Shown here: positions 26,182-38,495 of the stretch, piece after piece | Numbering within the stretch: the first letter of the stretch is position 1 | Layout: the number at the start of each line of letters is the position of its first letter | Program-made: the position numbers and the translations under genes | Notes under the pieces: generated by a model | What the model saw: the letters and a program-made list of their open reading frames with translations, nothing else | Told to the model about the DNA's origin: nothing | Databases searched by the model: none | From: Moniliella sp. 'wahieum' | Taxonomy: Eukaryota | Length of the DNA stretch: 64,000 nt | Direction of reading: 5' to 3' | Assembly (NCBI GenBank): GCA_003971905.1 | Contig: RSEE01000006.1 | Span: forward strand, 868,001-932,000

Positions 26182-28038
26182 GGTGGGTGCCTGCTGCCAT
26201 GCGATGCGCCCAGCCGAAGAACGTCCCACAGACCAAGGTGGAGGCGGCGGCAGACGGTGGTGGCCGCCCGTGCCGCCCACATGCGCTGTGCTGCGGGCGG
26301 CGTGCTGTCAGACGGCGTTCGTTGGATGCTGCTCGTGTCCAGTGGCACGTCGCCGGATGCCCGCCCCCCCTTACATATGGAATTGGGTTTTTAATGATGG
26401 CTTGATCGCCCCGCTGACCACACCCCTCTCCGTAACACTGCGCAACCAGCCATGCCATCCCGTCTATCTCTATAGCCGAGATGCGTCTGCCAAGGTCTCA
26501 TTATGTGCACCACGCATAATACGTTGCTGAATCTCAACGTCCCCAGGCTGAGGCCTCAACGTCTCAGCATTGGGTTGACAACCCTCAACGTTCAACTCGG
26601 CCTTGTCCGCATTTTTCTTTTGTTTTCGTCCGCTCTGGTTTATGCAAAAGCTGTGGGATACGACGAAGAAGACGAGTATTCGGCCTGCTGGGCCAACTGC
26701 CACTGAAGGGACGATCCCATTTCTCGATATATAAGGTGGCCGGGGCCGGCCTGTCAGCACCACCGCTGACGCATATACTGATGCGTTTTTGTGCCTCCGT
26801 GCATATCGACAACAATCGCACTATACTAGTACGCCGGTTGAAGTTGGCACGAATCGACTTCAAAGCCCTCACTTTGTGATCATGTGTGGTGGACGAAGAA
26901 GAGGTCATGCCTCTCGTCAGGTGGTGCCTGACAGGGATAAGTCGATGTTGACCTGGGAGCCGGATGGGCAGAAGAATAAAAGAAGGTGATGGTTTGGAGC
27001 CAGAATTGGGTCTGGGTACAGAGGCCGCATCTATATAAGGTCGGACTAGGCACGGGGTCAGTGAGGCACACAGGAGAGAATGCAGGGCACAGGAGCAGTG
27101 CCCCCCGCTGGGACGACACGCAGCGTGTGAGCCGATGGAGTCCTGGGAACCTAATTACCGCGACTGGGAGCTGGAGGATCACATCGAAGACCACAGACGG
27201 TAGTCGACCAGGTCCGACATCGACACTGTGGCAGACCCTCAAATATCCAGGGGCTATTAGATAGAGAGGGCTGCCGCCAACTATGAATTAAATGGCCTTT
27301 TGCATGGCTTAGCTTGAGAGTACTGTATAGTTAGACTTGGATGGTCAATGGTCTGGAGCAGCTATATAGTAACCGGAAGTTGACGGGGGCACAGCCGGAT
27401 GGGTTTGATGGGCCTGAGGTCGCCATAACTTTTGGCCTTGCACCGGCACCGGCCAGCCCGGCTAGGTCGTCGGATTCAGAATGGAGGCGTTCGGCCGTTG
27501 GCGAGCCTCCGCTCCGGATTGGCGCCCGGGCCCGGCTACGGCAAGCATGCGTCCCGCCGTACAATTTCAAACCACAGCTAAACTCCGGACACGGGGCCAG
27601 TCCCGCAGGCAGGAGCGCTGCATACCAAACCGCGTCCGGGTGTTGCGTCACATGGACGTGATTCGACGAGGGGGAAGAAATACAGACACAAACCCCGCGT
27701 CGGCACTCTTGGCTTGCTCCCACTGCCTCTTCCTCCTTGTCGTCTGCCAGCCCCCGTCCAACGCCACCGCCGCCTCATCGTCCTGTCCTTCGCCCCAGAC
27801 GAACGGAGGCTGTCCTACATACCCTGTCGAACACACGTCTAATTCAGCCAGCAAAAAGCCCCTGGCGCTGGCACTTGGCCCTGCACCACACAAAACAGAG
27901 ACACTCAGGGCCCCAGGGGGGACCTACTCGCTATTAAAGACATTGGCCCAGGCGTGTTATCTTTTCCTGTGCGCCGTGCATATCCCCATCAGAACGCACC
28001 TTTTCCACTCTCACTCTCGCACCTCACCTCCTCCGACC

Positions 28039-29894
28039 ATGTCTCCCTTTACCTCCTTCGACCCACCACCATCGGTGGGCTCCGTCGGCCTTTCGCCCTC
28101 AGCGTCCACCGAGGAAGTTGCGGTGCTCAAGCGAGAGGTGGACTCGCAGCTGGCGTCTGATGCGCAGGTGAGCGACGTGTTTGCGCGCAAGTCAGCCCTG
28201 ATCAATGGAGAAATTGAGCGGATCGGATGGGGCAAGTTCAATTGGTGGTTGTTTGTCCAAGTGGCCTATGGTTGGGCGGCAGACAACATCGTGATGGAGT
28301 GCTTGACATTGTCTCTAACCCAAGTGCAGATGGAGATGCATCCCAAGCACGTCCAGTTTGCCTCGGTTTACTTCTACGTTGGTACTCTGGTGCGTTGCTG
28401 TTTTGCCTCTTTGTTTGCTAGCCTTGCTGACGTTGGTGGTGTGGGCTGGTCAGATTGGCACCGCCTTTTGGGGCTTTACGTCGGACATTGTTGGTCGACG
28501 GATGAGCTGGAACATTACTCTGTTGATCAGCTTTATCTTTGGTCTTGCCTCGGCAGGTGCGACCAACTTTGTGGCCTATTGCGCTTTGCTCCTCTGCACC
28601 GGGATCGGAACCGGGGGAATGTGATCATTGATGGTTCGCAGTTTATTGAAGCCAATGCAGGTCGACATCAATGGCTCGTCACTGTCCTTGCTTTGTTCTG
28701 GACATTGGGGCAGATCTTTGCCGCGCTCATGGGTTGGGCGTTGATCCCCAACTTTTCGTGTCAAGAGGAAGAAGGATGCACGCGGGCTGCCAACATGGGC
28801 TGGCGGTATGTGTGGATTGTCTGTTCGGGCGTTTCGTGCCTGTTTTGGATCACACGTTTCTTTATCTACCCCATCCCCGAGTCCCCCAAGTTTCTTCTGG
28901 CGCAGGGAGAGGACCTGGGCGCCCTGACGGTGCTCAAGTTCATTGCAGAGGAGAATGGGAGCACGCTTCAGTTGACCTTGACTGATCTTCGTACGGCGGA
29001 GATGGAGGTCCTGGCTGAACAGTCAAGTGATTTCGACAAGAAAAGCTCAGTGTGCCCCTTGCCTACCCCAGTGGAAGAAGAAGATGCGTTGGCGCAGTTG
29101 ACGGGCAAGGCGTTGCGCAAGGCGGCCGTGGGCAATTGGCAAGACACGTTGCATCTCTTCTCCCTTTCTTCGCCACGCACTGCCAGGCGCCGCACGAGCG
29201 ATTCTTGGTCCGTGAATAAGTTCAAGGCCCTGTTTTCTACCCCACGGATGGCATGGAACACGATTGATGTGGTCCTGCTCTGGCTTTTAGTGAGTCACCC
29301 TCCCATACACACACACGCCTACACCATACGTTTATTGTGAACAGAGTAACCCATCTTCAGATCGCCTCGGGCTGCTCCTTGTTCAATACCCTAATCTCAA
29401 TCTACATCAAGGAAGCCGGCGGCCGCACTGGGACATTTAGTGTGCACGAGCAGTACTCCCAGTTGTTGGAGATTGCCTGCGCCGGGGCTCCGGGCACGGT
29501 CATTGCCGGGGTAATGGCAGAGATCCCCTGGGTGGGGAGGAAAGGTTCGATGGCGTTGTGGACAATGTTGACGGGGGTATTGTTGTTTGGGTTTACGACG
29601 GCGCGGACGCCTTCGGCCATCCTGGGCTGGTCGGCGGGCAGCTCGGTGACGCAAGATGCGATGTATGCGATTCTGTACATGATGAGCTACGAGCTCTTCC
29701 CTACCCCGCTTCGTGGGACTGGCGGTGGACTGGCCATGGCCGTGCAAAGGATTGGGGGCATCCTGGCCCCCTTGGTGGCCATCTACACCAACACCTACAA
29801 GATCCCCGTCATGGTCTCTGCCTCGCTCTTTTTGCTGGCCAGTGTGCTGATGCTCTTGCTCCCGTACGAAACGCGCGGCCGTACAGCATTGTGA
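28039..29894 (+). CDS. MFS transporter (SV2/sugar-transporter-like)
   Basis: GWAADN, FWGFTSDIVGRR, GWRY, IPESPKFL, YELFPTPLRGTG. Introns 28390-28453 and 29290-29360, one frameshift ~28615. Confidence 0.92.
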
Positions 29895-30650
29895 CCAACC
29901 GGGGTTTTAGGCCTACCTACCTCTGTCCGCACGTTTGCAGCGCATGTGCGGTGGGCCTGGTACGCACGTGGAGGTTTAGTTACGATCTTTTTTACGAGTA
30001 TAGAACAAGTCAGTGCGTTCTGCTTGTTCTTTTGTGCCAGAGAACCGGTTTGGGTTGGGCGACTGGTGTCGCCCTGTGCGGTCCTATCCAACTTGATACC
30101 ATGTTACCTATGTTTTTTTCTCGTGGCTCTTGCGTATAGGCGACAATTTAGAGGGCCGAACGGCACCACAATTGCAAACGAGCTCGGTTCAACGGCTTCA
30201 ACGTATCACGGGCATTTGTTGGCCCTATGCATCTGTATAAGGGGATCGTGCCACCCCAAGGACCAAGTGGACGTCTTGTTGGGTGGACGAAAAAAGGAAA
30301 AGCAGTCTGCAAGGTCCGTAAGATTAAGCAGAAACCAGTAAAATAGCCGACCGTCTCGCCCTGGGGCACTGGTACTGACATCTGGGACCGGCCCCCGAAT
30401 CCTGACAAGTAATGTGCCTAACCCTTGGGCAATTCGGCATGTGCTGCGCTTTCATTAGGGGGGGAAGTGTGTTGGGATAGAGCGCTGAAGCGCACTGAAG
30501 CTTGAAGAGAGCTTCGAGAGTCCTGAAAATGAGCCGCCCTTTTCAAGGTACATATAGCGGAACGAGTGTTTCAGGTCGAGCCCACTGTTACATGGGGCAT
30601 GGCACAACAGGAGTATCGTCTTCTAGTTACAATTGATTATCATCGCGAGG

Positions 30651-30677
30651 TTATCGATTATCGATTATCGATTATCA
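30651..30677. repeat. (TTATCGA)3+ heptamer array
   Basis: ttatcgattatcgattatcgattatca. Confidence 0.9.
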
Positions 30678-31462
30678 ACCACAAGAGAGGCCGACTGAGC
30701 GCAGCAGTGTTGGAAATGATTAATGAAAGGAGATATATGGCCCGCCTTTTTAGCTTTTTTGGTGTGGGCGGAGATGCTACTATGCATACCATCCAGATCA
30801 CTTTTGCGCGATTCTCTCGTCGAGCACAGACGCAGGTATAGTATTAGGCTCAAGCAATGGCTATTGTTTGTATAAGAATGGCTCGACCGACGTGTGACAT
30901 GTGACGGCTTGTTTAAGCGCCCCTACAGTGCAGGACTGCCTCAGGAGTGTATGAATCGCGATAATGCTAATATAATCCATTCGACATTTTCTGATCCTTA
31001 TAGTAATAGTCCCAATCATAGCCCGCTTAGCGCTTACAAGCGCTTAATCGATAAAATCCTGAATCCTCCCTCCGCTTAATCATTAGTCAACCGTTGACAT
31101 TGATTGCTCGCGCGCTCACTAGTCACTGTTTGCGCTCAGTCTAAGCAGCGAGGCTCAGCGCTCACTAGCGCTTGTCTTGAAAAGCTCTAAGATTCCATTC
31201 GTACACCATCTAAGATCTAATCTCTATTGCCGTCCAACCACGTAGACTCCTATATCCTCTCGTATCTGTCACCCGCTCGTGTTAGACAGCGCTGAAACCC
31301 GCTCTGTGCCTCCCGATTTGGTACCGAGAATGTACCACAGGATTATCGGTTATCGAAACCGATTATCGTATCGAGTGCCGGGCAAAAGCGCTAGCCGCAA
31401 AAGAGCCGAAGAGCGGGACAGCTTCGGACTCTCACTCTGCGTCGTGCCCAACGCGCTTCGTA

Positions 31463-31495
31463 TCAAGCTTCAAGCTTCAAGCTTCAAGCTTCAAG
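31463..31495. repeat. (TCAAGCT)4 heptamer array (opposite orientation to 22309)
   Basis: Four exact copies plus TCAAG. Confidence 0.95.
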
Positions 31496-34400
31496 GTCAA
31501 ACCGGTCAAATGGCTTCCCGTCGACGTATATATTAGTACTCAAGTCAGACACAAGATAAGGGAGGGCGCTGGCCTCAGGGCCTGTGTGTATTATACTCAT
31601 ACTCATGCATCAATGTATCAGGCTGCAGCCTATTAGATTAGGAACATAGGTGCTGTTCGGGGCAAGCTGGCGGCGCGGGACAAGCTAGAGGGAGACCAAG
31701 AACCAGGGTGCGAGAAGATATGGCTGGAGTTGAACTCACAGTCACCCATATATGCCAGCAGACCACTGTGCCTACACTACAGCCCACTACATCATGCATC
31801 ATGCACTATACGGCCTCCTACAGCCTCCTACAGCTCATCGTATACATCATCGATCATCGATCATCATTTGTATCTTGTTGACGGACTGGGGCAGCAGGTA
31901 AGGCAGGAGAAGCGCTGCAAACTGATGTCTGTCCACCAGGACCCCCACCGTTGGTTGGTCCACGTTTCTATACCTGCATAGGGCGCCGATCAATGATCGA
32001 GATGGACGGTTATTAACTCCAGCTCTGTATGGAGAGGGGGATCATCAGTGCGAGTGAGGCAGTCACTAGTCAAGCTAGTCAGGCCTCAGGGCCTCAGGGC
32101 TTGCGCTGATGGCTGATGGCTGATGGAGCTGATGGCTGATGCGCTGCTGGCCGAATGTCCCTCCAAGCTCCAACAATTGACACAAGACCTTGCAGGCGTG
32201 CAAGAAGGTGGGAAGAGGTGCATGTATAGTCTAACTAGCCTACTAGGCAGAATAAGATCAAAAACGCGTTCAACAATTACTCCTATGGCAGTTGAAAGTG
32301 CCGTGAGAAGACGAGGGCAAAAGGATCCGTCAACGCGTCAACAGATATATAGAACAGCCCAAATATTACTATTCCTCTGGGGTTGAACGTTGAAGCTTGA
32401 AGAGTAACGTTACCGCGAGTATATGGCCTGATCGGGGGAGTGTGGTTGTCGACTCGGTAGATGGAGACATGTATATACTAGGCCTTAACGCCGCCGCACC
32501 ATGCTCTCAAGGAACTGTGCATTTAAAGTCAGGAGACAACAGCGCTGTGGGGATGGCAACAGAAGGGGGGGACAGCTGTGGATGCGGATGCACGTAAAGT
32601 ATAGCATTAGTGTGTCAAAGGGGCCAAAGGAGGCGCACCCATTGCTGCGCACAAATATTTGCCGAAACGCCACAACCATAATTATAAGCAAGCGCACAAA
32701 GGCAACAGGGGTATTGTAGAGTGGAGAGACAGAAGGATATACTGCCTGTTCATTTGGCAGGTCGGGCCGACTTTGAGTCACAGTTGGGGAGCGCTCGCTT
32801 GTGGTCTGCACTGTTATATGCTTTGTCGATGTTGTACACAGAGAGACGACATACCGCAATCAGAACATCAGGGGTGTGTGTACTGCTAGACTATGGGGAG
32901 GCGTTGTGACATGCGACGTCCGACATCTACCAGGTGAGCCACCGTCCTTGTGTGGGCCTGTTGTGGGGGTATCTATAGATAGACCCACGGGATATTCTGC
33001 TGGACAGGGGATAAGGGGCCAAAGAGGGTTGATACAAGGTGACGGTTGTTCCAACATTGCCGCCATATGTTGGGGCCTGAGACTGATATGTGGCAGGGCT
33101 AGACAACTGTAAAGGATAAGGGAGGTTTGGTTGATGCGTTGATGTGTGGGCGTATATACACGGGGGAATAGGCGGCTATATATAATAGCAGCAAGACGGG
33201 TGTATATGGCACGAGAAACCCAGTTGGGGGGCTTGGAAGTAGTGCCGGTAACCATACTCCCTGAGGGCCTGAGGCTCAACAGGTCCAGGCCTCATGGGGT
33301 GATGGAGCGCGCTAGTTATGCAAACACTGGCGGCGGGGGGGTTGGGGGCAGAGCCAATATTCAGGCTGAGGCGCGCTGAGGGCCTCAGGGCCTGAGCCTC
33401 AGGCCGGTCATCGGTCACCGGTCACCGGTCAGGGCGCAAAACACCGGCACCAAATGGGCGTTTTAAACTTTTAGCCCGAAAACAGGGGCTTCTCAGATCC
33501 CACGTTGATTATGATTTGTGCGTATCGAGATTCGATTTGTGTGGGCGCAGCGCCTCGCGAGCACTCGCGTGGGCTGCACTCTGCTGCACTGCCGGCTGCA
33601 GGGCAACCGGGGTGGTGTGGGACGCTGCTTTATCGCGTGACAGAAGTGATCACACGCGGAACAGGTGTTGGCCCAGAGACTCCCCGTCTGCGTAGGGTTT
33701 CGCTCCCGTGTCGCAGCTGCCTAGGAACCACGGGCAAACGTGGAGAAGCTAGAAGGTGTCTGAGAGGTCCCAAACCTCCCGCCCATCTGCGCCGTCCTGT
33801 GCCGTCCTGGGCGCGGCTGCGCCTGTGCTGCCAGGCACAATGTGGGGTGGCGCACGAGGCTGGACCAGAGCAGCCAGCTTCGTCGCCGTGCGTCATGCGT
33901 CAGGTCATTAATCATTAATCACGGGTCACTCTAGTCACTCCGCTGCTGCGCGGTACCCACCGGGCAGAGGGCCAGTGTGCCCGCAGCGCCACTGCGGCGC
34001 ACGAGGCGCATCGCTTGTCGCGCTGATAGGCTGATAAGACATGTTACGTATGTGCCTGACATGCTACGTAGGTGTCTCGTGGTCTGCACGACGGGCAATT
34101 TGTGGTCACCGGTCGCCCAGCATGCTGCAACGCCAATGCAGCACCACACCAGCGCCAGACAGTGCCCCTGGGCGCAGTATGGACGGATAGGCGGGAACAC
34201 CCTAGCGGCACCCGGCCAGTGGCCATCCATATTCGCGGCTGTGGGTTGATCGATGATCGCTGATCGCTGATCCGGGCGTCGGGCGCCGCCGTGCCGGTGG
34301 GCTGGGGGCGGGCAGGCGATCAGTGTGTGGCGGGTTGCCCCGCGGACAGGACCGGCCCTGGCTCGCTGCTCGCCTGTGTGGGCGCGGCGACGGTAGGCTG

Positions 34401-34809
34401 GCTCCGTCGGGGCTGGCCGGGCCAGTGCTGGGCTGTGCTCGCAGTGGCGGCGGGCTTGCTTGGCATGCCTTGCCGTTACCGCGTACCAGCACCACCAACC
34501 TGCCACCGCCCAACCCCACGGCGGATAGTGCCAAGGTGCGAAGGCCGGTGGCTGGCTGAACCGGTGACCACGATGGTAACTTGTGACTAGTGACTGGCCA
34601 GTTGGGTAGCCCAGCCCTGCCTAAGCCAGCTTGGGGCCAGGCTTCCCACTCTTCCCGCCTCGTCGCGCGCGACACGGGTGCCAAGACAACCCGAGAGTGG
34701 ACTGGCGGCAGACCCCCCCACAACAACCGCCAGCCGCACATATATAGCCGCCCCCGCCCCCCTGTTCTGCTCTGTACCCATCAGCCCCCACCCCCCCACC
34801 TCCTCCACC

Positions 34810-36426
34810 ATGTCTGGCTCAAGCATTGTCGAGGACAAGCACCACTCGCTTGACGACGAGAAGAAGTTCGACTTGGTCGGTGAGGATGACAAGGCCAAGG
34901 TTGCCATCTTCGAGGTCGACCCCGAGGAGAAGGATGTGTTTGCCTCCGACGACCCCGATCATGCCATGCGCCGTATGAACTGGAAGGAAGGCGCTGTGGT
35001 TGTCGCCAAGGCCCAGATTGGCAGTGCGTATTATTTCGTCTCCCGTGCCCAAAGAGGTACAGCTACTAACCCGTGGTCGCATCAGTTGGTATCCTCGGTA
35101 TTCCCGGCACCTTTGGTGTGCTTGGTTTTGTGCCAGGTCTCATCTCGCTTTTGCTTCTCTGCGCCATTACAACCCTTTCGTCCTGGTACATTGCCAAGAT
35201 CCGGATGCGCTACCCCCACATCCACTCCGTTGGTGACTTCGGGCAGATGATTGGTGGCCGTCTGGGTGGCGAGATTTTTGGCTGGAGCTACTGTCTTGTA
35301 TTTATTCTCTTTGCAGGGTCGGCGATCGAGTATGTCCTTACCCCTCCTTCCTGTCTTTTTCTGCTCTCTGAACGCTTCTGACCCTTTATCCAGGACCTTG
35401 ACCATCGCTTTTAACGCTATTACGCTGCACGGTCTCTGCACCATTGCGTTTGCCGGGATTGTCACTGCATTTGTGGCCATCATTGGTTCTATTCTCCATG
35501 AGATGGAGCGAGTGGCAATTTGTCATACATTGGCCTGGCCTGTGTTATTGCGGCCAACTGGGTTTTGACGATTGCCATTCTGGTTAAAGGCAAGGGTGCT
35601 AGCCGCCCCGCTGGCGAGGGGAACGATGTCCGCGCCACGCAATCGGCCGACTTCTACAAGGCGATGAATGCGGTCTCTACTCAGCTCTTTGCTTTGATGG
35701 GCACCCCCGGCTTCTTCTCCATCTCGGCCGAGATGTCGCACCCTTCCGAGTTTCTCAAATCGGTCTATGTCGGGCAAGGCTTTGTCTGTGGGACGTACGT
35801 GGTGATTGCTTGCCTTGTCTATGGCCGGGCAGGCAAATGGCTGGCCTCCCCGTGCTCGCGACTGCCGGGCCAACATTCAAGATCATCTGCTACGCCATGG
35901 CGCTCTTTGGGCTGTTTGTCAGTGCGCTGCTCCTCTCCCACATTGGCGCCAAGTACATCTTTGTCCGTGCGCTGCGCGGCACTCGCCACTTGGCCAACTC
36001 GACCCCGATCCACTGGATTGTTTGGTCGGCCTCCTTCTGCACAGTGTTGATCATTGGCTTTATCCTGGCCTGCGCCGTTCCTGTCTTCGATGACCTGCTT
36101 TCGCTCATTGGTGCGTTGACCGGTGGCTTCCTTGTTGTTGGTCTCACAGGTCTCATGGGCATCTACATGCTCTCGCTTGAACATGTCGACCCAGAGTCTG
36201 GCGAGCACGTAACAGTACCTGGCAAGACTTGGTCCAACGTGGGTACAACCGTGCATTCCGTCACGGCACGCTCAAGGAAAAGCTTGTCTTTATTGTCAGC
36301 GCCGTGCTGATTCTTGCTGGCGCGTACTTGACGGTTGCTGGCACCTACTCGGCTGTGGTGGCAATGAAAAATGATGTGGCGGCAGGCAAGGGCAAACCCT
36401 TTTCTTGCCAAGACAACAGTGTCTAA
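34810..36426 (+). CDS. Neutral amino acid transporter (Aa_trans / Mtr-like AAAP family)
   Basis: MNWKEGAVVVAKAQIG|IGILGIP, YPHIHSVGDFG, TPGFFSISAEMSHP, AVPVFDDLLSLIGAL. Introns 35024-35085 and 35330-35393, several indels. Confidence 0.9.
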
Positions 36427-37138
36427 GCCCCCTCCTCAGGCCTCAAGGCCACTGGTGGTACCACCCATACCCCTGTTCTCGTCCATTAACGCCTTGCCAA
36501 GGGAATACCTCTCTTTTCCCATCACTTTCCCTTTCTCTCCCTCTGTGTATTCTGCCAACGATTCTCACGCGTCACGCATCCTCTATTCACCCCACCCTGT
36601 TGTTGGCCTGTCTGTTCTATACCTCCACAGTACCAGTGTGAATAGCCGCTTTGTTTTGAGTCTTCTTTTTTCAACTACACCCCTGTTGTTGGTTCCTGTG
36701 GCTGTCCGCGTGACGATCGCTCCAACGACCAATACAAACAATCAAACGAGAGGGAGCGCCAGCACTGCAAACTCCGACATTATATGCAACAGCCACGGGG
36801 GGGTTCGGGCAGGAAGGGAACAGTAAATCCACGCGACAACCTCTGTATGGTCTGTGCCCATTGGGAAAGGTGGCGGGACAAGGGGCATTACGAAGATCGC
36901 TATACGTGGCCCAAGGCTGGTTGCCAGTCGCAGCGACCCATTGCACCATGGCGTCATGTCCCAGCGCTCATCTTAGTTGGTTGGGGCTGGGCGAAAGGAA
37001 TAGAGGGATTATCGATTACATCAGCTGCCGGCCCAAGCGGAGATAGTAGCCCAACTCCGCCTCCCCCCAGCTTTTTGAAATGGGACGCTGGAGAGCGGGC
37101 CGGCCGGTGGGGTCGGCTGGCCAACTCCACCATCAAGT

Positions 37139-38258
37139 ATGCTCAACATTGTGTATGTCGGGGCAGGCGCGGTAGGCGGCTTCTACGCCTCGCGAATGAA
37201 CGAAGTACGCCCCCCTCCCCCCTCCACCGCGCATCACGCATCGCGCATCTGCGCTCGACCACCGAGCTAACGCAGCCACGACGTGTGCAGGACGGGGTGC
37301 AGGTCGCATTCGTGGCCCGGTCCAACTACGAGGTGCTGCGAACGCAGGGCATGCAGCTCAAAACACGCACTTTTGGCCAATACCATTTTACGCCCCATGC
37401 CGTGTACCCCAATGTGGGTGCCGCTGCTGCGGCTGGGACGCGATGGGACTATGTGGTGGTGACGACCAAAGCGCTGCCCGACCAAACGGACGACAGCGCG
37501 ACCATTGCCCCGCTCGTGGCGCCCCCCGACGCAACCGCCCAGTTCCCCGGGACTGTGGTGGTGTTGATTCAGAACGGGGTCGGGGTCGAACGTCCCCACC
37601 GGGCCCGCTTCCCTTTGAATCCCATCATCAGTGCAGTGACGTGATCAGTGCGGAACAAGAGGCGCCGGGCGTGGTGCGGCAAAACCGGTGGACGCGCATC
37701 TCCTTGGGTCCGTATACCGATGGCAAGGCAAGTCCGCACGTGGCAGCGACTAGCTCGGTAGAGGCCGTGCGCCAGCTGGCCCAGATCTGGACCCGGGGCG
37801 GGATCAAGGATGTGGAAACGCACGATGAGACGGAGCTGCAGTTGATTCGGTGGCACAAACTTACCATCAATGCCGCCTTTAACCCCTCGGCCGTGCTGGC
37901 CGGCGGCGTGGGGAATGCACGCATGGCGCTCGATCCCGATCTGCGCACTCACCTCAAAGGGGTGATGCAGGAGATTTACCATGCTGCGCCCGCCATCTTA
38001 GGCCGCCCGTTCCCCGACACGTTGGCGGTGCCCGATAAGATCTTGCGCTCGAGCGAGCGCAACACAGGAAGCAAGCCTTCCATGCTGCTGGACTGGGAGG
38101 CAGGACGCAAGATGGAGCTGGAGGTGATCTTGGGCAACCCAGTGCGGATCGCAGCCGAACATGGGGTGGAAATGCCGCGGACTCAATCGTTGTATGCACT
38201 GCTCAAGATGGCCCAGGCGCGACGCGACGAAACCAAAGCGGTCCAAGCCAAGCTCTGA
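37139..38258 (+). CDS. Ketopantoate reductase family protein (PanE/ApbA) ending in AKL
   Basis: MLNIVYVGAGAVGGFYA, VARSNY, DYVVVTTKALP, LIQNGVGVE, RWHKLTINAAFNP, KPSMLLDWEAGRKMELEVILGN. Intron 37205-37275, single-base loss ~37640. Confidence 0.9.
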
Positions 38259-38495
38259 ACATGATCGTGCGTGGTAGATGTGGGGCAATGCCCATTTCTC
38301 GGCTAGTTCATATCTTACCCCGCTCACTACGGACGCTGGCGCTGGTCCCACTACTACCATCTGTTCCCTCGGCAATGATTTCCATTTCGCAGCAAGGCAG
38401 CGACACGCAGGCGCCGGCCTAGATGCATTTCATCACCATAACCGCTCCCAAACGGTTACAGCGGTGGGGGGTGGGGAGAAAGAAGGCCTGCAGCG

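Noticed and set aside
30417..30425. CCTAACCCT, 1.5 copies of the telomeric repeat complement (possible telomerase RNA template)
   Set aside because: A 9-nt match to any permutation on either strand is expected a few times by chance in 64 kb, and no supporting structure was identified.
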